Assembly (NCBI GenBank): GCA_001773385.1
Contig: MEWJ01000020.1
Coordinates: forward strand, 1-57,171
Direction of reading: 5' to 3'
DNA: 57,171 nt
Origin: a candidate division WWE3 bacterium RIFOXYD1_FULL_43_17
Lineage (GTDB): Bacteria > Patescibacteriota > WWE3 > UBA101185 > UBA10185
Positions 35,403-41,789 of this stretch are shown one piece after another (positions within the stretch are counted from its first letter, which is position 1; each line of letters starts with the position of its first letter). The position numbers were made by a program, and so were the translations under genes. The notes under the pieces are model-generated. The model was not told the DNA's origin, made no database searches, and saw only the letters and a list, made by a program, of their open reading frames with translations.

Positions 35403-35431
35403 TTGAAAATACCCCACCATGCTGTTAGAAT
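35403..35431 (+). promoter_or_regulatory. Near-consensus sigma70-like promoter for the second island unit
   Basis: TTGAAA (35403-35408), 17-nt spacer ending in TGt, TAGAAT (35426-35431). Gives a ~33-nt leader with an SD before ATG 35471. Confidence 0.5.
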
Positions 35432-35470
35432 CCCATGAAGAAAGATAATCCACAAAAAGGAGAGAAAAAT

Positions 35471-35779
35471 ATGGACGGTGTAATCAGGCTGTTGAGAGAC
35501 GGCGAGTTCGGCTATATCCGCGGACAAGAAATCTGTAAAAGCAGCGACTGTGAGTTTTATGTAAACAGAACCACAGTATGTTACCAAAACCAAACTGATA
35601 CCCACAATATTATGGTTAAACGGTGCGGAGAGTATCTTCACGCAGCGACATCCGATATCGACGATGCTGCTTGTGCCGAAGTGACGCCGGAACAACTCTT
35701 AACCAGGGACTATATTCCGGTAATAAAGGACGACGGATATCTATCCAAAGGGTTCGAACCATACATAACAAGGGGGTGA
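35471..35779 (+). CDS. Hypothetical 102-aa Cys-containing protein (island ORF C)
   Basis: Internal ATG of ORF 35435..35779, preceded by AAGGAGAG 6 nt upstream. Lies downstream of the predicted promoter 35403..35431, so ATG 35435 would fall upstream of the TSS. N-terminus GVIRLLRDGEFGYIRG. Confidence 0.5.
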   Translation: MDGVIRLLRDGEFGYIRGQEICKSSDCEFYVNRTTVCYQNQTDTHNIMVKRCGEYLHAATSDIDDAACAEVTPEQLLTRDYIPVIKDDGYLSKGFEPYITRG

Positions 35780-35780
35780 C

Positions 35781-36023
35781 ATGAAACACTTTTTGTCCCG
35801 CGATAATGCGCTGACTGCCAAAGAGCATGTTCTTAAACTACTCAGAACTGAAGGATACAAAACAGAGTGTCTGGAAATCACTATTATTAAGGACAGGCAG
35901 GGGTTCTTCATCGAAGCATTGTCTGAAACAGACCCGCAAATGGTGAACCGCTTCAGGCACCTGTTCCGTGAATACATAAGAACGCTCAGGTCACGGATAA
36001 CAGTTCAGGTCGACGAAGGATGA
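35781..36023 (+). CDS. Hypothetical 80-aa protein (island ORF D)
   Basis: ATG lies 1 nt after the ORF C stop, with GGGGG 4 nt upstream. No recognisable motif. Confidence 0.55.
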   Translation: MKHFLSRDNALTAKEHVLKLLRTEGYKTECLEITIIKDRQGFFIEALSETDPQMVNRFRHLFREYIRTLRSRITVQVDEG

Positions 36024-36026
36024 GCC

Positions 36027-36320
36027 ATGAAATACAAGCTGAAGGACCTTCCCAGGAATACTGTGGCGTTCGCTTCTCCCAAAGCGTTGCTGGTCTACAA
36101 AGGTGGCTTGTACATAAACGTTAAAGCGGAAGTGACCCTGACATGTAACCCGGCAACCGGAAAAACAATGCGGGTAAGAGTTATGGACAAGAAAGCGATA
36201 ATCGCCAGCTGCACCATACCTCACGACCTTGAGGTTCCGGTACTCGATAACTGGGTCATAGTAGGCATGAGTTTCTGTCCGGCTGAGATAGAAAAAAGCG
36301 ATGTCGGATATTCAAACTAG
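36027..36320 (+). CDS. Hypothetical 97-aa protein (island ORF E), paralog of ORF F
   Basis: ATG lies 3 nt after the ORF D stop, with a GAAGGA SD. Shares LP.N...F.SP.......G.L.IN and V.VG..F.P.AE blocks with 36337..36645. Confidence 0.55.
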   Translation: MKYKLKDLPRNTVAFASPKALLVYKGGLYINVKAEVTLTCNPATGKTMRVRVMDKKAIIASCTIPHDLEVPVLDNWVIVGMSFCPAEIEKSDVGYSN

Positions 36321-36336
36321 GGGAAAGGAGGAAAAA

Positions 36337-36645
36337 ATGACGGACAGGCCAAGTGTTAGGATGTCTCTATTAGAGCTACCTACAAATTGGAGGGTTTTCG
36401 TTTCACCGGGGTCGTTTTATAAGAGTGGTGGCAGATTGTTTATAAATCCCAACTCTCAAATAAACGTTAAACCTGATCGAAACTGCGTTGTTCAAGTTAC
36501 CCGCCTGGAACAAGGTTTTTTGGTAAATATGAGCACATTGCCAAGGAATCTGAGGTACATGGAAGTCACCGAAAAAGTCACCGTCGGAAATAACTTCATA
36601 CCGCTGGCTGAAGAGGGGTTATTTAAGATTGTCGACTCCTTGTGA
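36337..36645 (+). CDS. Hypothetical 102-aa protein (island ORF F), paralog of ORF E
   Basis: Internal ATG of ORF 36301..36645, with a perfect AGGAGG 5 nt upstream and no overlap with the ORF E stop. Followed by hairpin 36655..36689 and a T-tract. Confidence 0.55.
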   Translation: MTDRPSVRMSLLELPTNWRVFVSPGSFYKSGGRLFINPNSQINVKPDRNCVVQVTRLEQGFLVNMSTLPRNLRYMEVTEKVTVGNNFIPLAEEGLFKIVDSL

Positions 36646-36654
36646 AAATGCTCA

Positions 36655-36696
36655 GAGCCGCGACGTTTAATAAAATAAACCCGCGGCTTACTTTTT
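36655..36696 (+). terminator. Putative terminator ending the second island transcription unit
   Basis: GAGCCGCG (36655-36662) pairs with CGCGGCTT (36682-36689, terminal G-U). The 19-nt A/T-rich loop is long. Followed by ACTTTTT. Confidence 0.45.
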
Positions 36697-36699
36697 ACT

Positions 36700-36792
36700 A
36701 AATGCGTATTCTACTTTTGTACTCAAATGCGTACTCTACTTTTGTACTCAAATGAGCACCACTTTTTCTAAATGAGTGCTCTACTCTTTTTT
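36700..36792. repeat. Four head-to-tail 20-25-nt direct repeats in the convergent intergenic region
   Basis: Units: AAATGCGTATTCTACTTTTGTACTC (36700-36724), AAATGCGTACTCTACTTTTGTACTC (36725-36749, 1 mismatch), AAATGAGCACCACTTTTTCT (36750-36769), AAATGAGTGCTCTACTCTTTTTT (36770-36792). The last unit overlaps the radical SAM stop codon. GAGCAC (36754) and GTGCTC (36776) form an inverted pair. Confidence 0.6.
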
Positions 36793-38391
36793 AGCAGCAG
36801 CACTTCCGAACATACTCTTGATTGCGTTTCCCCAAAACTTCGGAGAGATCCAATTAACGCGTGTTTGTTCTTTATCAAAGTCCAGTAAGTGCCCTATTAA
36901 CTTCCACGCAGAATAACCTAAAAATTTGATGTCACTCCAATTTCTTATAGACAATATTTTTCTAAAAATATACTGAGGAGTAAAAAAAGAAGAATACAAA
37001 GATTGGGTCAACTCGTACAACCGTTCGTTTGAAAAAGGTATTTTCATAACCGGAGCTCTCATATCAAACTTCTCGTAGTCCTTCGCACCGACCTGCAACC
37101 AATCATTTTCCAAACACTCTTTGTATAAAGGAGTTCCGGGATAAGGAATCACGATTGTTGCCTGCATGGTATCTACATAGCCTTTTTTAAATAAGTCTTT
37201 CGCCAAATCTATGGTGTTCTGAGCCATTTCTTCGGTTTCCCACGGATACCCAAGCATTACCGTAACATGAGGCTCCAATCCTGCCTTTTTGGCCATTTTG
37301 GCACCTTCTGCAATCTCTTCTACCAGTAAGCCCTTATCCAGCCTATCCAAAGTGACCTGGTTCGCCGACTCCATCCCGTACAAAATAAATCTAAAGTTGG
37401 CTTTGCCCATTAAGTCATAATATTCTGAGGTAAGTGCGTTCAAACGCATATTACATCCGAAAACAACTTTTTTGTTATACCCGGACTCAATTAACAGCTC
37501 GCAGAACTTTTTCAAAGGTGGGCCGATGAATAAAGTTCCCGCGTCATCAAATATTTCTTTTACTCCGTAGTTGTCGACGACATGTTTTACCTCGGCAAAA
37601 AGTCTTTCAGGAGAAAATCTTCTGTAAAATCCTTTGGGATTTAAAGTATGATCCCAAACACAAAATGTACATCTGTTCCACCAACAATCTCTGCCTGAAT
37701 ACATGTAGGTCGCCGGTGTGTATTTATAATTCCCGTTCGCATACGCGTAAAGTTTCCATTTCGTAAGGTCGCGGTCAACAAATGGAAGATCATCGAGGTT
37801 GTGCTGTAACTCCAAAGGACCGCTCTGGAAGTACGCTTCTTCTCCGGTTATTCCGGATTTGTGCAGTTTTAGCCACTTAGGATCTACCGATACTTTCGGG
37901 TCTCCTTTTCTTCCGTAAATTCCTCCGGGTAAGTAGCTATTGTTCTTTATCGCATCGGCCATGTCGCTTAAAAGAAAATCGTAATCACCACCTGTGATTA
38001 TGTAGTCGACCTTACAGGCATCCAGCGTTTCTATGGGGTTCCATGTAACGTGGTCCCCTACCAAAATCACCGCCATCTCCGGAAATTTTTCTTTTAGTTC
38101 GTCGATAATTTTCCAGTGAAACTTCAAAACCGGTGCTTTGGTCTCCATCATCAGATAATCGGGCTTTTCTTTTTCCAGCTCTGACAGCCATTCCGTGTAA
38201 GTTTTCTTCTCGGCTATACCGTCACTCCAGACCACGTCGTATCCGCGTTCTTTGGCCAGAGAGGCCGCGTACGCCGGAACCATGGGGTAAATGTATGTGG
38301 GAGCGTTGAAATACTGAAACTGCCTGTTCTGGGATAATAAAGGAACTCCTTTGTACTGGTCTATTGGAGGATACCCGATAAGAATTTTCAC
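36781..38391 (-). CDS. B12-binding-domain radical SAM enzyme (class B type)
   Basis: 536 aa with a GTG start. N-terminal Rossmann-like cobalamin-binding-type region (DYLMMETK, VILVGDHVTWNP, IITGGDYDF). Cluster motif SGRDCWWNRCTFCVW. Downstream IFDDAGTLF and FILYGMESANQ resemble the radical SAM core. Confidence 0.75.
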   Translation of the reverse strand: MKILIGYPPIDQYKGVPLLSQNRQFQYFNAPTYIYPMVPAYAASLAKERGYDVVWSDGIAEKKTYTEWLSELEKEKPDYLMMETKAPVLKFHWKIIDELKEKFPEMAVILVGDHVTWNPIETLDACKVDYIITGGDYDFLLSDMADAIKNNSYLPGGIYGRKGDPKVSVDPKWLKLHKSGITGEEAYFQSGPLELQHNLDDLPFVDRDLTKWKLYAYANGNYKYTPATYMYSGRDCWWNRCTFCVWDHTLNPKGFYRRFSPERLFAEVKHVVDNYGVKEIFDDAGTLFIGPPLKKFCELLIESGYNKKVVFGCNMRLNALTSEYYDLMGKANFRFILYGMESANQVTLDRLDKGLLVEEIAEGAKMAKKAGLEPHVTVMLGYPWETEEMAQNTIDLAKDLFKKGYVDTMQATIVIPYPGTPLYKECLENDWLQVGAKDYEKFDMRAPVMKIPFSNERLYELTQSLYSSFFTPQYIFRKILSIRNWSDIKFLGYSAWKLIGHLLDFDKEQTRVNWISPKFWGNAIKSMFGSAAAKKE

Positions 38392-38397
38392 CTGTTT

Positions 38398-38403
38398 AGT
38401 ATA
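38398..38403 (-). promoter_or_regulatory. -10-like hexamer 6 nt upstream of GTG 38391 (radical SAM gene)
   Basis: The minus strand reads TATACT then AAACAG then GTG. It sits in a 47-nt gap after the ferredoxin stop. Confidence 0.25.
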
Positions 38404-38438
38404 TATAAAGGGACGCCCAATCTCAAAGTTGAGGTAAA

Positions 38439-38696
38439 TTATTTCTTCTCAGGATAGAGTACGTTGCCTTCCAGATCTTCAACAATTATCGCAGTAGTGG
38501 GACAGGACTTCGCCCCTTTTATAATTTTTTCAGCTTCATCCCACGTACCTTCTTTCGCGTACACAATTCCATCGGAGTCGAGGTCAAAAGTTTCGGGCGC
38601 GTGAATTATGCAGGTCGCCGCACTTATGCACAGCTCATTTATAACTTTAATAATTACTTTCGAGTTTGGATTTTTATATGTAACTACTTCTTTCAT
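38439..38696 (-). CDS. Small single-cluster ferredoxin (3Fe-4S/4Fe-4S type)
   Basis: 85 aa. CISAATCIIHAPETFDLDSDG ... SCPTTAI fits the C-x5-C...CP pattern of small ferredoxins that serve as redox partners. Confidence 0.7.
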   Translation of the reverse strand: MKEVVTYKNPNSKVIIKVINELCISAATCIIHAPETFDLDSDGIVYAKEGTWDEAEKIIKGAKSCPTTAIIVEDLEGNVLYPEKK

Positions 38697-38697
38697 A

Positions 38698-39711
38698 TCA
38701 ACCTCCTAAATAATTTCCCGTAGTTTTATCAACACGTCTAAGTTTCAATTTTGGTTTGTGAGGAAATCCTATAATGAAGTTGCCGCCGTAAACAATATGT
38801 GTGAGGAAAATTCCTACCACAACGTAAGCTGCCCCAAGAATTGTTTTGTCTTTTTTATAAGCTCTGTAACCTTCAGAGATCAAGAATAATAAGTATAAAG
38901 CTAATCCGCCGAAATATAAGTTCCATAAAAACGGAAAGGCTGACGCAAAAATAGGACCGAAGATTAGGCTCACCAGAAATATTGAAGGTACAAAAAAAAT
39001 AGGTAAACGCGAAGTTTCGGGGTAAATACGTGCAAATTGTCCCCTGTGACGTCCGTATCTCGATATTTGCTTTAGATAAGGGATAAACAGCTTCCTTCGG
39101 TGATGGTAGACGACAGGGGACGGGTCGTAATTAAACTTCCTTCCGTGTGATTTTACGAGTTCCAGGCATAGTTTGGTGTCTTCTCCGGGCCAAAATTCTA
39201 TAGGGAACCCCCCTGCCCTTTCAAAAGATGCCTTCCGTACAAACAGGTTAACGGTGGGGTAGTCAGATATTTCCATACTTTTTCCGGGTTTATGCCTGAA
39301 AACTGTTCCCGCACCCGACATCCAAGACTCCAGCACTCTTCCGGACATCTTTTCCAGTAAACCCGCATCTTTGGGGGTAACTGCAGGTCCGCCCAGTGCA
39401 TACACTTCGGTGTTTTCAAAAATTTCAACTGCCCTGTCCAACCAGTCTCTTTCCGGATAAGCGTCGTCGTCCAAAAAGGCGAGAATATCTCCGGTAGATT
39501 TAGCGGCTCCGTAATTTCTTTTTTCTCCCGGACCTATGGGACCCGAATGTATCAAAATAAATCTGGTGTCCTGAAAATCAAACTTTTCTTCCTCGTCGGT
39601 AATAATTATCACTTCAAAATTTTGATAAGTTAGCTCTTTAAGGTGTGTTATATTTTCCTTCAAGAACTCATTTATTTTTCTGACGGGAATAATAATGCTG
39701 AACTTAGTCAT
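38698..39711 (-). CDS. GT2-family glycosyltransferase with C-terminal membrane helices
   Basis: 337 aa. FSIIIPVRKINEF, GPGEKRNYGA and FLDDDAYP, followed by 3-4 helices. Confidence 0.8.
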   Translation of the reverse strand: MTKFSIIIPVRKINEFLKENITHLKELTYQNFEVIIITDEEEKFDFQDTRFILIHSGPIGPGEKRNYGAAKSTGDILAFLDDDAYPERDWLDRAVEIFENTEVYALGGPAVTPKDAGLLEKMSGRVLESWMSGAGTVFRHKPGKSMEISDYPTVNLFVRKASFERAGGFPIEFWPGEDTKLCLELVKSHGRKFNYDPSPVVYHHRRKLFIPYLKQISRYGRHRGQFARIYPETSRLPIFFVPSIFLVSLIFGPIFASAFPFLWNLYFGGLALYLLFLISEGYRAYKKDKTILGAAYVVVGIFLTHIVYGGNFIIGFPHKPKLKLRRVDKTTGNYLGG

Positions 39712-40537
39712 TATTTAGTTCTCCGGTGTTTACCCTCATTTGAAGTTCTTCATCGTAGATCCATTTCCGCTTACTGGAGTCGTCGTAATATTTTAATATC
39801 TTTAATCTGTAAAAAACAGCTAAGGTGTCCATAACCATATTTCTTATGTGTTTATCAAAAAGAAACTTAGGAGAAAACATAGACTTGCCAAACTCAACGG
39901 TTACATAAACGGGAGCTTCATATATTTTTTTGAAACCAAGATAATTAGCAACTGTCAGCAGCTCGATATCAAATGCAAATTTTTTAATAGCTAATCTGGG
40001 TAAAACTTTAACAAGAACTTCTCTTTTCATCACTTTTAGTCCTGTTTGTGTGTCTCCTAATTTAAGCCCGAAAAGCATTCTTACCAAGGTGTGGTACCCC
40101 CAGCTATAAATCTTCCTCACAAAAGGATAATTAACCTTAGACACCGGGTGCTTCTTGCTCCCGACAATAATGTCCGCTCCGTACCACTCCATGTGCTCCA
40201 ACAACATTGAAATCCCGTTTGGATTTATATCCATTCCCGCGTCGATGAAAGAAACATAGTCACCTTCGGCTCTTGCCATTCCGTATCTTATTGCGTAGCC
40301 CTTGCCTTTGTTTGTCTCATACCCGAATACTTTTAGTTTTTTATTTTCCAGAGATTTCGCAATGTCATATGTTTTATCGAGCAAACCGTCGACGACAACA
40401 ATTATTTCAAAATCCCATCTTGTCTGAAGCAACGTGTCCAGAATATTTTCAAGATCTTGTTTGATTGTTTTTTCTTGTTTATAGGCAGGGACAATTATTG
40501 AAACAAGTTTTTCAGATTTCGTTTGCTCTTTTTCCAT
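39704..40537 (-). CDS. GT2-family glycosyltransferase, polyprenyl-phosphate glycosyltransferase-like
   Basis: 277 aa. VSIIVPAYKQEKTI, VVVDGLLDKT, NKGKGYAIRYG and FIDAGMD. Confidence 0.75.
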   Translation of the reverse strand: MEKEQTKSEKLVSIIVPAYKQEKTIKQDLENILDTLLQTRWDFEIIVVVDGLLDKTYDIAKSLENKKLKVFGYETNKGKGYAIRYGMARAEGDYVSFIDAGMDINPNGISMLLEHMEWYGADIIVGSKKHPVSKVNYPFVRKIYSWGYHTLVRMLFGLKLGDTQTGLKVMKREVLVKVLPRLAIKKFAFDIELLTVANYLGFKKIYEAPVYVTVEFGKSMFSPKFLFDKHIRNMVMDTLAVFYRLKILKYYDDSSKRKWIYDEELQMRVNTGELNND

Positions 40538-41789
40538 TGTTACCTACTATAAAGAATACAGTAAGAAGTACTAAGCTGATTATACCAGCATATATGTCCG
40601 CCCTGATTATGTCATACAAGGTTGAGTGATTTGAGGTTATTAGAAAGTACTGAACTGCTAGACCCGGTAGTAACAACAAAAACACGGAGGTTCTGCTGAC
40701 GGCCAAAAAGAAAAGAATGAGAAAGTTTATGACTATATAAAGTCCGATGAAAAGAGAGAACATGGGAAGGTACTCTACCGAATTCATAAACCTAACTCCG
40801 AAAAATAATCTGGTAAGAAAAGAGGGAAAAACGGAAAAGGCTACGAGTCCTCCTGCAACCAATAATAATTGTAAAGATAAAAATTTAAAAAACGCCCGGC
40901 CGTAATTTAAACCGCGCACAGCCAAAGAAGAGATTGTAGGAAACATCACGGTAGTTACAGCACCTGCGCCGAATAAAAAAATCTTTCCCAAGGTTACAGT
41001 TCCTGCGTAATACCCTGCCATCTCAGGATCAAAATATTTCTTCACAAGGATTAGGTCGATATTATTTAAAAACATGAGTCCAAAATTCACAAACATTACC
41101 GGCAAGCTAAACGCAGCCAATCTTTTGTAATCCTGCACCAGGCTAATATTTTCAAAAACGGTGAGGTTTTTGCGTAATATAAAAAACCCGGTAATCATCG
41201 CCAGCACACCGGCAACGAACATTCCTCCGAATGCTCCGGCCAGCTTAAATCCCAAAAAAATAGCAATTGCTGAAAAGGCAAAGCGGTACACACTTGCTAC
41301 TACGTGATAAAACGCGTAAGCACGGTATCTCAATAATCCCTGAAGATATGCAGGAGGAATTGCACCTACAAAAGTTAATCCCATTAAAGTGCCGAATAGT
41401 GCAATAATTCCCGTATCGCTAATCTGCAGCTGCTCTGAAATACGGAATCTTAATATATAAACTGCCAGGGAAATTCCCGCTCCGACTAGAAGGGACAGCA
41501 AAAGTAATTTCCAGTATAGTGCCGTAAGTTTTTTAGAATCCTGCCTCGAAGAAAGTTCCGAAACATATTTTACCAGCGACACGCCGAACACCCCCGCCGG
41601 AACGCCAACCAGATAGGAAAGTGATATTAAAACATTAAACGTTCCAAAGTCTGCTACAGGAAGAGTTCTTCCTAAAACAAACTGGACAAGATACGAAAAA
41701 ACCGCTGCAAAAACACTGCCCGATCCTATGTACACAGTTCCCATTAAATATCTGTTACTCTTCACTTTTTGTATAAACGCACCGATCAT
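40512..41789 (-). CDS. MOP/Wzx-type flippase
   Basis: 425 aa with ~12-14 hydrophobic helices. Composition and length are typical of polysaccharide-biosynthesis (MOP) proteins. Confidence 0.6.
   Translation of the reverse strand: MIGAFIQKVKSNRYLMGTVYIGSGSVFAAVFSYLVQFVLGRTLPVADFGTFNVLISLSYLVGVPAGVFGVSLVKYVSELSSRQDSKKLTALYWKLLLLSLLVGAGISLAVYILRFRISEQLQISDTGIIALFGTLMGLTFVGAIPPAYLQGLLRYRAYAFYHVVASVYRFAFSAIAIFLGFKLAGAFGGMFVAGVLAMITGFFILRKNLTVFENISLVQDYKRLAAFSLPVMFVNFGLMFLNNIDLILVKKYFDPEMAGYYAGTVTLGKIFLFGAGAVTTVMFPTISSLAVRGLNYGRAFFKFLSLQLLLVAGGLVAFSVFPSFLTRLFFGVRFMNSVEYLPMFSLFIGLYIVINFLILFFLAVSRTSVFLLLLPGLAVQYFLITSNHSTLYDIIRADIYAGIISLVLLTVFFIVGNNGKRANEI

Noticed and set aside
35435-35470. Upstream ATG 35435 as the start of ORF C (and likewise ATG 36301 for ORF F)
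   Set aside because: ATG 35435 lies only 4 nt after the predicted -10 hexamer, so it is probably upstream of the TSS and it lacks an SD. ATG 36301 would overlap the ORF E stop by 20 nt, whereas ATG 36337 has a perfect AGGAGG at 5-nt spacing.
35105-35695. 196-aa minus-strand ORF, the longest ORF across the island
   Set aside because: It runs antisense to ORFs B and C and reads straight through the 35345-35381 terminator hairpin and the 35403-35431 promoter. It has no SD and a low-complexity, hydrophobic, Cys/Phe-rich composition. The plus-strand ORFs have SDs and coupled stops and starts, so this one is most likely a shadow ORF.
35751-35760. GGTTCGAACC, resembling a tRNA T-loop
   Set aside because: No complementary T-stem, acceptor stem or anticodon arm can be drawn around it. 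It lies inside ORF C and is simply a palindrome.
36700-36792. Tandem repeat considered as a mini CRISPR array
   Set aside because: The units are contiguous with no spacers, there are only four of them and they are degenerate. No cas genes are present in the window.
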